From the NCBI GenBank assembly GCA_013115145.1, contig JAAPAO010000094.1, forward strand, positions 1-64,000: a stretch of DNA of 64,000 nt, written 5' to 3'. Of the stretch, positions 1 through 12,682 are shown piece by piece. The stretch's first letter is position 1; every line of letters starts with the position of its first letter. Below the pieces are notes generated by a model, which saw nothing but the letters and a program-made list of their open reading frames with translations, had not been told where the DNA came from and did no database searches. Source of the stretch: Perkinsus chesapeaki ATCC PRA-425. Lineage: Eukaryota > Protista > Perkinsozoa. Made by a program: the position numbers and the translations under genes.

Positions 1-651
1 ACGACACTAGACTCAACGACCACCCGAAACAGGGCTCAACGCGAAGTTGTCGCGCAAGCATTTCAGGATCACTCTGCGGGCGGCGCGCAGCAAATGCGAG
101 ATCTCTCACACCAACAGGGTGCTGCAAAAAATAGGGCCCTTCCACTGGAACTTCACCGACAGATTCCTTCAAATGGGAGGTCGGAATTCAGCATCCCTGC
201 ACTCAAGGGGGATGGTGGGATAATGTTACATATCACTCAGCGGGTGCTTTTTCAACGACAATCCGAAACCAGTAGCACATTTCTCTACGTGAACATTTCT
301 CCGACAAGCCACAATTCGGCCCAATTTGGTTATCAAAGTGGTTTATAGAAAGAATGTTCATTTAGCTTACAAATGATGCCTCTCTTGTTTGAGAGCTTTC
401 GCGCAGCACATAATTCCAGAAGGTGAGCCAACCTTTTTTGCAGCATGTCACGATGACTCAATGATACTTACGTCACAGAAGTTGCGCGTGCGTGCAACTC
501 AAGAGCAAGATTCCAAGATACGGAGAATGATCCAACAGCGCACGCCGATTCCCATTCCCCATTCCAGTGCCCCTTACCAGGTTTGATTGATTGTTTGTCA
601 TGTCACTGATTGCCACTACAGCTTCCAGGAGGAGGAAGAGGACAGCCAGAG
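1..651 (+). CDS. 3' part of a hypothetical intron-containing gene truncated by the window start
   Basis: Frame 1 is open from base 1 (TTLDSTTTRNRAQREVVAQAF...), ORF 389-586 ends at a GT donor, and a short AG/GT-bounded exon (LPGGGRGQPE) lies at about 620-651. No recognisable domain. Confidence 0.3.
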
Positions 652-1049
652 GTAATAGGCATTTAACAACTTCGGCAGAAACTTCTCCGATTCATCGATT
701 CTTATGGCCACCATTACGGCTCGTTTACTTGCCACTTTTATATAAAGAAGCTTTCATAGAGATGTGACCCCTCCTCTAGCTAGCTTCTGCGTGGGTATCA
801 CTTAGAAGTATTATTCTTTATACATCGCAATGGAGCTATGAAGTCGATCTCAGACAATCACTTTAGGGCTTCGGAAAGCCTATTAGCCTCGGTCATACCA
901 GATTGGCAGCCATGAGGTCTAGCATCTTGCAATATACTCAGCACATTCTACTTCATTTTTCATCTGTATCATCGTATAAGTACCCCAGCTCCCGAGCTTT
1001 GCGACGGTGTCTTTAGGGAATCGTCCGTCTTTCTTGCTCAGGCCTTATC

Positions 1050-4000
1050 ATGAAGCTTGCAGTTGTTATGGGGGCGTTAGTGACGTGCTTGGCTTGGCTG
1101 GTATCGACTCAGACCTCCGCTAGGGTAATGTTGACCTATTTCGTATCTTTTGAGACGCTCCTTTCTTCAGTCTGTATGGGCATCTCGCCAACAATTCCTA
1201 TCTGGTGATTCGGTTCCTGTGTCACCATCTCTCTCTACCACACTCAGCTCAGCAAATGCTCTCAACGCCGAAATCGGTGAGGTAAGCGTTCGCCCCTTTA
1301 GCCCGACGGTCTCCCATTGATCCCTCTCAGGAGGAAGTGTCCGCCTGGGTGTATGTCGTTGAGGTTGTCGTAGTGATAGTTTTATCACTGCTATTTGAAT
1401 ACGTAATAACGCTGCCCTTTGTGCCTGTTAAGTGTGTTTGTAGTAGGCCCAGGAGAGAGTAAGGGAGAAGCTAGAGGAAGAGGGCAAGGGTACGTTAGTG
1501 AGAATGATGGACACCCTTTTCCGTGAAATTATGATTCTCGGATTTATCGGCCTGTTTGTCTTCATTTGTAAGTTGAATCTCTCGGCAAGGAAATAACTGT
1601 TCTACATAAGGTACTAAGACCGGATTGGCAAAGGAGATTAGCAAGGCGGTAAGGAGGGAATGTCGTCACGCGCCGCGAAATTGGCTGGTGATTAGGTTAT
1701 TGGAGCTGCTGAGGAAGGTGGAGAGGATCCTCTAGCGGAGAGCTTTGAGTCTATCCACATGATATTATTCTGCGTAAGCTTTTGTTCATCGGGGAACCTG
1801 TGCGATACAGTCGATTCAGAGTCACCTCTTCCGTCTTTATTGGAGTACTCGTGTCTCGAATTTCACATCACGACGCTCAGTACCGAGTGAGAAATCGAGG
1901 AAATCCGAATTATTCTATTTTATTGCGCCGGGCGGCAGGGGGGGTCAGAAAGTTTACTTTTCTGAAAACCCTTCGACGAGGCGGATATTTTAATGGCTCG
2001 TAGCCCTCTGTAAAACTCTCCGGAGTGTCTTTCAATGGTGATAACCTCCGATCAGACATTCAAAGTCTAATACTTCAGAAGAATCTGTTTTAATGAAAGG
2101 TAAAATTAATTCTTTTATGCGGGAGGGATCACTGAGAAGGAAATAGAAGATGAAGTGATTATTCTTTTCAAAGAGATATAAATGGGGAATGTTCTATCAG
2201 TCACCCCAGCACAATAATATATATTGATATTACCTTTATATATAATTTTCTCTATCGGTTAGTGTAACTTGTTCTTTTGTAGATTTCTTTTAACTTCGGC
2301 GCCACCAGAACATACCCTTAGAATGTATTATAATATTAAATATGTTATATGTAGTAAGTGAGTTTTACCATTGTGTAGTGCTTCTGTACCGGTGACACTA
2401 TCCTTGTCACTGTAGGTCTCTTGAATAAGCTGATACTCGCACTATAATCGATTCCAGAATATATCTAAAGACGTAAACTTCAATGGCGAGCTTCCCAATA
2501 ATGTGGCCTAGATTATGTGGTTCCATTTTTCAGGTGATGGTTGTCTTCATTTTTCAATGCATCACTTTGATGCTTGGGGCAGAGCGTATCACCAGAAGGT
2601 GGGATACCTGGGAGGAGATGGCAGAGACAGGGCGGGAGACACACGTTGATGCTCGTCACAAATCCCTGGAGTAAGCCACGCCCTGGCAGTGGCGGACAGA
2701 TTTGGTCGGTAGGCGTCGACTGATTGATCGTGGATTCCTGGATGAGGAGGGAAAGGAAAAGGCCCTGTTGAAGTTTTCGGAGAACTGGGTAGGTCCGTGT
2801 TTTCGATTTCGGTTAGGGAGAAATGGCTAAGCTTCTAGACGGGCAAAGCAGTGTATTTATTGAACGAAGTAAAGAGTGTTGATTTATATAAGCGAAGCTC
2901 TCGCCAGTGTTTACCTTGAGAGCGATCTTTATTATGAATTACGGTATCTTTCGAATTCCAGGACTTTTGGAAGTCCGAAAAGGAGGCATTACGGTGGCCT
3001 CGGGTGTTGATATCGCTGAGTAGAGAGGCTTCACGCTTGGTCGGAAACGCTTGGTTGAAAGCATCAAATGGAGAACCTAATAAATCTCAGCTGCGAGTGA
3101 ATACTAGAGTCTAGCAAAGGCGAATCTGAGTTCGGAAGGGGTCCTGATGAATCTTGCGCGCTATAAAGAATATCCTCCAGTAGAGTATCTCAGTTGTCCT
3201 ACATCCTGCCTGACGAGCTTCGTGATATTGTAATTTGGCGTCTACTGCGCCATGAATTCCTCTTCCCTTCACACAGCCGTGGCCAGAAGCTCGCTCTTAC
3301 GTCCCAGGTGGGCATCGGAAGGAAAGTGGTCGTTGAGAATTCCGCTAGCAGATTGCTGAAGTCCGGGACCCTATTGTCTTCGATTTCGAACGTTACCTTA
3401 CTGAGAAGCTCGGAGAAGGATTTGTAGTAGCCTTCGAGGAGGCAGAGTCGGCACTGTTGCGCCCAGGTTGAGTTGGTTGAGGTCGATCTGGCTACATGGG
3501 TGGTAGCTGTTTTGTTCACCCCCTGCATCGCATGGGTGCGTAGAGGCATCATTGGGATATGTTAGTTTATAATGCTCAGATACTGTCTTACTCCACCGCT
3601 ATTCGTATCGCTATGATCTGTGCCTTCTCCTGGATCTTACTAATAGCTATGTTTGCCTTTTATGTGTGCCTTGGCTTGCCTAGGTCAGTTTTGATACACC
3701 TTTATTAGGTCCATATAACTAACGTTATGATCGCTCTCTCGCCAGTGGTGCCATCGAGAGCTGTGGTGCTCTTGCAGATGCTATCTGGTAACAAACAGGG
3801 GTTCTACCCGGGTTTTGGGTTTTGGGTTTTGGGTTTTCTAAAACTCTGCGATAGGTACATCATTGGCGGCGTTCCAGCGGCACTATCGATCCCCTGATCG
3901 ATTCTCCAGCAGGCGCCGATCGAGCCCGCCTGAGTCCCCTGATTATGTAGGGATGAAATAACGGTTTGAAATTTCATAAAGTGTCCTTAGTCTTCCGAGG

Positions 4001-6990
4001 AAGAGGACCTCACACAACCGCTGCTGAACGCCAAGTCAAGTAAGTGGAAACCTACTGCTCGAGTTTTACTGTTTTTCTATCAGAAATGTTCTCATGGGTT
4101 CCCCGGTTCCGGCAGCAGGAAGAATACTTCAAGCCTATCAATAGACGAAGCACCGTCATGAAAGTGATCTGCCAGCATCGACACAGGGTAGTACCAGTGA
4201 TGGGATCTTCCTCCCCGTTCGTGGCCAGGCTAACAGTAGCCTCACCAGCGTGATTGTAGCCTGTCTAGGTACTGCTTCTTAAGGTTATAGGTTCAAGTAG
4301 TTGAGTACTAGATAGCATATATGCCGGACTTAGGGGGACCGAGCGAGCCTAAAATTCTAGTGTTTCCAACTTTGCAGTGCGAAAAATGACTGGACATGAC
4401 CATAGGGGCGAGACTGTTGTTATCAGATTCCGAATGCCCAGGAGCGTCTAATGTGGTTTGAGGAATACTCCCTACCTGTATTCTCCCACATGCTTGAGAT
4501 TATGATGTTCTTCCAAGCGGTCCTTACAGCTACCCTTATAGTAAGCTGGGGGAGCTATTGGCAATGCGAGGGGGCTTCTCCTTTTACTAGAATAGATAGA
4601 ATACCCCATTGACTACAACGCGCAAACCAGATCACACTGTGCATGCGTACACCGAGACACAGAAGTATTCAGGACTACTCATGGATATCTGTAGTGACAT
4701 ATTTTGTGTCCGCTTCTGTGGAGCAATGCAAAGGGGATTCCGCAGTGGTACTATGAACTTTCGTTCATACTTGGCTGTATATCTCAACACTAGGAAAGCT
4801 TGTATATTTTCGGAGATAATGTTGATTGGATTATATTATATTGATCCTTGGCTCATCGGTGCTCGAGGAGAACCTTTACGAGAGTAAGGTAATGTCGTTT
4901 GCTCAGGTGCTGATTGCCATCGGGGGCCCTTCCCAGTGGTCGGTGTGGTCATGGCTGTGTTATTTCCTGTCTTGGGGGGAATGGGCCATTATGACCCGCT
5001 ATCTGGTAGTAAGGCTCCTCGGGATTTGTTCCACTTGCTTTCAATACTAGGTTTTAGGTTCCCCACGTGATGAGCCGTCTTACGTTGGTGACCAGTATAG
5101 AGTATTTGAAGGACCCAGAGTTGATAGAGAAGGTAGTACTGGGAGGCTTCCATCAACCTCTTCTCGGATGCTGAACTACTTGTATATTAATCCAGATCTG
5201 CTCTACCTGCCGCTGTATGGCGACTGTTGCTTGGAGTATCTTGGGTCCATATTTGGAGCATGAGTGAAGCGTCGGATAGCCAGTGGTATTGCCCACCCGA
5301 TAGATCTTATTCAAAAGCGTGCAATAAAGAGATAGTTTTACTTCGACAAGGTTGCATTCTGTCGACCGGCGCGTTTGTGTGGCAATCATCTCATCAGGTC
5401 ACATTCGAAGTCAAACGTGAGCGTCTTCTTCAAGCCTTGAAGGTTCTGTCGGTAGTGAAGCTCGAGGGTAAAGCCAGGCGTCTGGCAGCCGAGGGAGAGG
5501 ACACCATTTCTGATGAAGAGTGGGAGCGGACTCCGCCACGGGGTCAGGGTTTTTCGGTCAGGTATGAGGCAGCCTTGTATACCTTTGAGTCGCTGTCTGA
5601 GGAGGCGAAGGCTAAGATAGAATCCACTTTCGAGACATTCGATGCCGACCTCAGTGGCACTGTGGATTGCCAAGAGATGGAGGAGGTGAGAGCACATTGT
5701 GGTACGCTTTTACCTGGAAGTCTAAGAGTTTCAATGCGCGTTGGTGGGAAGTATGTTTAAAAGTCGGGTTATGGTAAGGTGGCCCGGCTATTTCGCAGCT
5801 TGTTTTCAACAGTGAAAATTTGTGCCACATATGAAGTTCTAGCTCCCTGTATGTAGGCAAGCCCAAGGGACCCCGCTGCTTTGTTCGTTCACGATCATAA
5901 ATCCACTCATTTACCTCGGTTCTAGTCGCGGTTCTAATCCGTCAGCTCCTCGTCTTTTTACGTCATTTCGAGAACCCCCTGTATATCCCCTTAATGGTTA
6001 GGTTATGGGTGCCATGGGTGTAGTACCAGGTAGCGAGGCTAGTAGATCGGCATGTGCATTGTTGAAGATGGTTGATAAGGATGGATCAGGACAGCTAGAT
6101 GAGGAGGAGTTTAAGGTCGGCAGGAGGACGAGGAATAGCCAACTTGAATGGCTCAATTTGCCACCATTATTTGCACTATATTAAGAACTTCTACATTACC
6201 TTCGATGATCTAGCGTGCATCGGTGAGCGAGGTTGACGGTGATCCTGCGGGTTGTTGTTTAGGTACTGATGGTCCTAGCGTTGGTGAAGCCAGACGAGGC
6301 GGAGGAAGCCGAAGATCTCAAAGCGTTCTTCCGGAAGATCGATGCGGATCAGAGCGGTAGACGGCTGACGGTTGGGATAGTGGTGAGTGTTGTGACAGGG
6401 TTGGTGTCCCTTGAGGAGTTAGCGGATGCATTTACAGAACTGGGTGTACCGATGAACACTGAGGAGGTTGGGAGATTGGTGTAAGTTGGAGGGATCCTAC
6501 CGATGAAGGAATACCGCGATGGTGAAGTATACCAGAAAGTTGCAAGTATACTAGACCTGAGAATTGGAGAAGATAGTCTACTTGGGGAAGCAGCAAACTA
6601 TCTATTGTTATATAACGTGTTGCTAGCATTCACTAAGTGCTGGTCTTGAAGGTAGATACTTGTCCTCGTCAACCGAGCAGGACAAATTGTAGAACTCGGT
6701 AAGATTTTGCAATCACCGAAAAAGCGCATTTGTTGCGACGATTCCGACGAAACTGCTCGAATGCTGAGCCTCATTTACGACTCGTTGTTCTAACACCGCA
6801 AGAGTTGTGGTATCACTAATAGCATCGAGGATCAGGTATGAGTGCTTCGGTCAAGTGAAGACCGAACTCGCCGAACCTGAATTTGTCAAGTGGATGCGTT
6901 TCCTCGATAACATGGACGATAAGAGGGAAGGAGGTGGGCTGGCGATGTGGTCATCATTTCCGGCAGTCCCCGGTTGGCAGGTCTTGAAAG
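1050..6990 (+). CDS. MLO-family multi-pass membrane protein with N-terminal signal peptide and C-terminal EF-hands (multi-exon)
   Basis: Spliced exons give MLO-like motifs in the expected order: VVVIVLSLLFEY, MDTLFREIMILGFIGLF, ESFESIHMILFC, ITRRWDTWEEM, VFDFERYLTEKLG, VELVEVDLATW, LMWFEEYSLPVFSHMLEIMMFFQA, VPHVMSRLTLVTSIEYLKD. EF-hand loops follow: DADLSGTVDCQE, DKDGSGQLDEEE, DADQSGLVSLEE, plus a degenerate fourth. The 3' end is approximate. Confidence 0.8.
3810..3837 (+). repeat. (GGGTTTT)4 telomere-like / G-quadruplex-competent repeat inside a short intron
   Basis: Four perfect GGGTTTT units within a ~66-nt GT-AG intron (about 3788-3853) of the MLO-like gene. Confidence 0.9.
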
Positions 6991-7524
6991 CACTTAATCG
7001 GCTCCTTAGTCGATATTCCTCCTATATAAATGTCACCTATAGCTCCCCTGAGTTTTCGGGCGCGCGCTTTTAACAGAAGCGTTTATTTCCTAATTGTTGA
7101 TTCGTAACTATGGGGATGACTCGTTTCATTTTTACTTCCCTCGTAGTTGCGTTATTCTCGCTGCTGAGGGGACGCTCGGTTGTGACGGACTATCGTTGCA
7201 GCCTGAGGGGGACAGTGTTACACAATTCCACTGCAGCGCCTTGAAGAGTGGATAGATAATGGTGCCGTTGAGGCGTAGGTTTGGTCGTTCTTAGTACAAG
7301 AAAGATAACACTTGTGGCATTTCCTGCGGAAGATACGCTATCGGGTTTTTTATATTCGCTAGGCTATGCAGGATTCCTCGGTTCTGTGACGTCGGCGCTG
7401 AGGCGCGTTCTTCTAGCGTGCGAGTAGCGTATAGCGCGTACTTGTGAGCGTTCGGGTTAAGTGTGGAGCATCACAGCTGTTAAGTGTTGTTAAGTTTCTT
7501 AAATACCGTTTAAACTAAATCATC

Positions 7525-9110
7525 ATGTCATCCTCTTCCACCGAGGATATGCTCGCTAAGGTTGGCGTGCGCGTTCCCTACACTTTGCTACCAGCTGATA
7601 AAGTCGACAAGACCAAGTGGGCAGTTATTGCTTGTGATCAGTAGGGCTATAGAACTCTGTTGAGTTGCTTTTATTCTTGTTTGTGTAGGTACACCAGCGA
7701 GCCTGACTACTGGGAGAGAGTTGACAAGTTCGTAGGAGATGCCCCCAGCACTTTGCGTTTAATTTTCCCTGAAGTTTATCTTGAGAAGGGTCGTGATGAG
7801 GAGGTAGGAGAATCCTTCTGTGGCTGGCGGTGAGTGCATCGATTTTTACTCAGATTATGAAGAGCATCTCAGATCACATGGCACAGTACACGGCTGAGGG
7901 CATTCTTGTGAAGCCCGAGAAGCCCGGTATGGTGTTGGTTTCGAGAACCACTAAAACTGGCGCCAAGCGGACTGGTTTGGTGACCGCTGTCGATTTGGAG
8001 AAGTACGACTACTCTGTCGGGAGCCAGAGCGAGATCCGTCCCACCGAAGCCACTATCGAGTCTAGGATTCCTCCGCGTTTGAGTAGGTTGCGCATGCGTG
8101 CAAATCCTAGAGTATCTTTGTTGTTTGATGGTCAGATATCCGTCGCAATGCTCCTGTGGAGCTGCCTCACATTATGGTGCTCATTGACGATCCGGAGAAG
8201 ACTGTTTTGGAGCCTCTCTTCGCCAAGAGGGATCAGCTCAAGCAAGTTTACGATTTCGATCTTATGGAGAACGGCGGGCATCTCACCGGCTGGTGGGTTG
8301 ACGGCGAGAGCTCCGAGAGCGAGGATTTGGCCAAGGCTTTGAATGTCATCGCCGAGCCCGAAAGATTCCATAAGAGGTACGAGGCCCCCGCCGACAAGAA
8401 GCCTCTTATCTTCGCTGTTGGTGATGGCAACCACTCGCTTGCTACTGCTAGAGCCTACTGGCAGGAGGTGAAGGCCACCCTTACTGATCCCGAGGAAATC
8501 GCTCATCATCCCGCTAGATTTGCCTTGGTTGAGATTGAGAATATCCACGATGAGGGTCTGGCCTTTGAGGCGATTCACAGGCTTATTTTCAACGCCAACG
8601 GAGGCAGCAGGAAGTTTATCACTGAAATGACTGAGTTCTTCGAGAAGGAAGGATGCGGCCCTGTGACCGTCAGCGAGACCGACGACGACTTCAAGAAGGC
8701 TGTCGAGGGCAAGTGCTCCGGTCATAGCTTTGGCTATATGGTCGATGGTGTTAAGGGAGGGGTGTTCATCGCTAACCCTAATAAGGTCCTTGATGTTGCC
8801 ACGGTGATGGACTTCGTGGATCCCTATATGAAGACCAATGAAGCTAACGGAACGAAGATCGATTACGTTCATGGATTGACTGCTATTGAAAGGTAAGGGT
8901 TTGCACGCATGCACAAGGTGATATCTTTTGTTCTCTAGATACTGCACTGCTGGCACTTCTAACGTTGGAATTGTTCTTCCCGATATGCACAAGTCGGATC
9001 TTTTCAAGACCGTTGTCCATGATGGTGCTCTACCTCGCAAGACCTTCAGCATGGGCGAGGCAGACGAGAAGCGCTTCTATTACGAGTGCCGTAGAATCCA
9101 AAAGGACTAA
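7525..9110 (+). CDS. DUF1015 family protein, bacterial type, with 4 introns
   Basis: Spliced product contains KWAVIACDQYTSEPDYW, PSTLRLIFPEVYL, TEATIESRIPPRL, ELPHIMVLIDD, FAVGDGNHSLATA and LPRKTFSMGEADEKRFYYECR. Introns at about 7641, 7804, 8085 and 8893. Confidence 0.85.
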
Positions 9111-10625
9111 ACCGACTGCTACCAGACTGTCTATCATCAATTATAATATTGTTAACTCTATATAACCTCAATCACCCAGAGGTCCCAAGCTCCGCTGGTC
9201 TCCCTCGAGATCGCAGAAGGCAACGGTTTTCAGCTAGTCTTCCGCAGCAGCTTTTGCGGAGTTTATCGAGTACTGTACTCCCTCCTCCTGGACGTAACGC
9301 TCCTATAGGCGTTTTTAAGTTGCTGATTGGCGGGCTGTAGCAACTGGTGTTGCTGTGGTCTCGTCTATGGTACTGTCCTTGTAGTCGGCGTAGAGTCGAA
9401 AATGTTTATTAATACTAAAACTGTTTCATGTGAGCACCTGTCGCACTTGTGTTGGCCAATTGTCCCTGAGGAGGTTTTCAGGGATTGTGTGCATGGAGCA
9501 GCAAGCGGTTTCATGGTAGTCACGTTGGTGAAGATCCTCATCGTATTCTCCCTCGCCACGAAAGCTCTATCAAGTTCTTGTCCAATGTTTCCTGATTGAC
9601 TGAAGCGCTTGTTATATATTATGTTGCATAATTCTTAGTAAACTCGGTTTTCTGTCGTCGGGAAGTTGCCCTGTCTCACCGGCTGTCTCATCAAAAATGT
9701 GCTCCCCTCTAGCAGGGCTTTGTATGTGCTAAATAAAGCGGTTGAGTCGCAAAGCGTGCAAGATACGATTATTAGTTTTTGTATCTTGCATACGGTAAGA
9801 TAGGCGTTGCGATGATGCATCTGCTGTACCGACTTTGCCGTCGATGAGGATGGTGGATACTTTTAACCAAAGGTTATCTTCCTCTCTCTTAGCGTCCTGT
9901 GTCTTCTGTGTGTTCAACTCGATATAATGTCTCACGCCAACAACAGTAACAGCAGTAGGAGTGCAGCAGCAGTTGCAGCAGCAGCTCATGACACTCATGC
10001 ACAGGATGGAGCGATAGGGTCGGTATTGGTGGCGGTTGTAGATCCGCAATAAATTACAGTAATTCTTACCGAGCATCTCTGTTGTAGCTAAGATACTTCG
10101 CCTTTGAAGGGTGCTCTTTCTGATGGCTCGAGCTACTACGTTTATCAGATAGTGTATAGTATATTCACAGCTTGTTTCATATCGGCCGCTCGTGCTTGTC
10201 GAAAATGCAGATAGGCGAAGTAGTTTTGAGGAATAATGCCATTTAGAACGGTCTTTTTCGTGGAATGTGAAACTCGAAATTGAAGAGAAAACAGACTACT
10301 GAGCGCCGTAAGCTTCATGAAAGATCGCAATAGGTCTGATAACTACGAGTCGGTACGTATTGTAGTATATTATTAACTTGGGCGCCCTAGTAAACCGTTG
10401 TTATCCAATAACGGGGAATTGGGGAACCAATTACCATCACCTGCATTCTCAATCCTTTTGAGAATATAGCCTTAGCCTTATACTATCTAATGAAATAAGA
10501 CTTGTTTCATTTAATAATTTGATAAGGTCTATTATATTCTGTCGTATGGGCAGGGAGCTTTGGCTTGGAAATGAAGTTTGAGGCGTGCCTTCGACAGATA
10601 CGCGGCCAACACCCCCTCGGTGGGC

Positions 10626-12343
10626 ATGAGTCCTGCTGGGTCTACGGGCGATCGACCGGTCCGAACCGGGCCCAAGGTCTTCATTGGTGGAGTACCTTTC
10701 ACGGCTACTGAGAAGGACGTGGCTGAATATTTCTCCCAGTTTGGACCCATCGTTTCAGCGGAGATTAAAGTGGATAAAGCTACCGGTAGTTTCATGGGGA
10801 TGCAGACTGGCTGACTTGACTGGGAATTCAGGGAGAAGTCGAGGCTTTGGGTTTGTGGTGTTCGAGACGGCTGAGGGAAAGATGAATGCTATGCGAAGGA
10901 AGGGAGATCTTTTCATACATAATCGTCAAATTAATATTGGAGATGTAATACTGAAGCGAGTGTGGAAGGCTTCATGGCTAGAGGTGTCAGAAAGTTGCGA
11001 GAACATTTCGCATACAGAATTTGAATTTAACCTCATGGTGTTTATTTTTGAGATCAACAGGGCCAATCATAGCATGGGATATATAACGTATATGAAACGT
11101 ATTAGATGAACGTTATTTAATGTAGTTACCACTGCCGCTTTTTTCCTCGGACTGTGAACCAGTCTAGTCGCACTCATCGACGTTTCACAGAAGTCTCAGA
11201 AACCTAGACGGTTATTTCGCTTCTCTTCAACCGGCTTCATTTTTTTGGTTTTTCCCTTTGTGGAATTTATTTTCTGCAGACGACTGCCGATCGAGTGTTC
11301 GTTGGTGGAGTTCCACCCCAAATAAGCAATGAATCTATTGCCAATCACTTTTCCAAGTATGGACCTGTTCAAGATATCGAGGGACCCCCGAACAAGAACT
11401 ATCTTTTCGTCGTCTTCACAGACCCTTCAGGTGATTCTCAGTTTCCTCTTTTAGATTCTCAAATTGCTACCTGCTACACGTCCCTTTCACTAGCTATTGC
11501 CTCTGTTGTTTGCACTATATTTTATGGCTTTCGGAGCCGCAATGTTTTGTTCCTTTCTTTTATCATAAATGCTGGTTTCCTTTTTATTCGGCTTCTCCTC
11601 TTCAAACGGTGTTCACTCCCTTTTCTGATTTCCGCATATCTTTATGTCCAATCTCGTGGTTCAATGAGCATCCCTATAGCTGTACGAGAAAAGACGACCT
11701 CTTTTTTTACGAAAGAGGAGTCATTGATCTCATGTTTACTGCCACTGCGATACAATATTCCTCGTGCTGGAGTAGGATGTTCCTTATTGGTATATTCGTG
11801 ATGATACCATCTGTGTTCATCGCAATTTACAATTCCCAAGCCGGCGCACTGTCTCTGGAGTTCTTTTCTATCTGTCTTCCGTTGTAGCAGTATTGTTATC
11901 AAAGAGCTAGCCCAGAACGGCGTATGGGATGGGGCGATGGGGAGGAGTGTAATGTTAGGTGCTCGTAACTGTCTGATGGAGCATCCCGACAATCACGTTA
12001 TTGACGGCGTTCGAGTCGATGTGAAGAAGGCTCAGCCCAGGAACCAGCCTCACTCTGCACAAGGGGCAGCCCCGCCGCAGGCTCCTACACATCCGGTTAG
12101 CATTCCCATGGCGGGCCCTGCCGGGTAGATACCTTTCTGCGCTGTTCCTTTATTATATTAATTCTTAGGGAATACTACCAGCAGCCCACCCCTCAGTATC
12201 CTAGCTACGGCCAACAACAGCAGCAGCAGCAGGGAGGCGGCCGTTACGATCCTCCGTATTCTGGGGGCCCTCAGAGGGCCTCGCCTGGCCAATCTCATGG
12301 GGCAGCTTCCGGTGGTAGATTCGGGTATGCCCAGCCGTACTAG
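10626..12343 (+). CDS. Two-RRM RNA-binding protein (Musashi/DAZAP1/Hrp1-like) with Q/G/Y/P-rich tail
   Basis: RNP2 VFIGGV and RNP1 RGFGFVVF; second RRM VFVGGVPP...VIDGVRVDVKKAQP; low-complexity C-terminal exon YQQPTPQYPSYGQQQQQQQGGG ending in TAG. Confidence 0.85.
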
Positions 12344-12682
12344 TAGACTTCTCGTAACGTATCGCATTTCTAGTTTGATGACTACCAGTGGAGTTTGGTT
12401 TGTTGTTAATCCTGTGGGATGGAGGAGCAAGTAAAAGGTACCTCGGATAGGTCGCTGCAATCAGGCATGCAGCAGTGTTGAGTGTACTACTCACAATGTT
12501 GGTTAATACATGGAAAACCCTAAAAGTTGAGAGCTTAACGGGGGCGCATTGTATCTATTGCATGCCGTTTAGTAATCATCTCTCTATATCATTGCATGCA
12601 GAGTGTGTATGAAATAGCGTCTTTTATTATTCACAGCTCTGTTCTGATGGATATCTAGATTGCGGTGTCTTTTGGATAGAGT

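Noticed and set aside
8132-9052. 306-aa minus-strand ORF and similar long antisense ORFs over the aminopeptidases and FTHFS
   Set aside because: They are shadows of well-supported genes on the opposite strand and have no motifs of their own.
9150-10330. Cys-rich ORFs and CAG/GCA runs (about 9945-9985) as a metallothionein-like or polyQ gene
   Set aside because: The Cys runs arise from a trinucleotide low-complexity tract read in alternative frames; I could not build a consistent exon chain.
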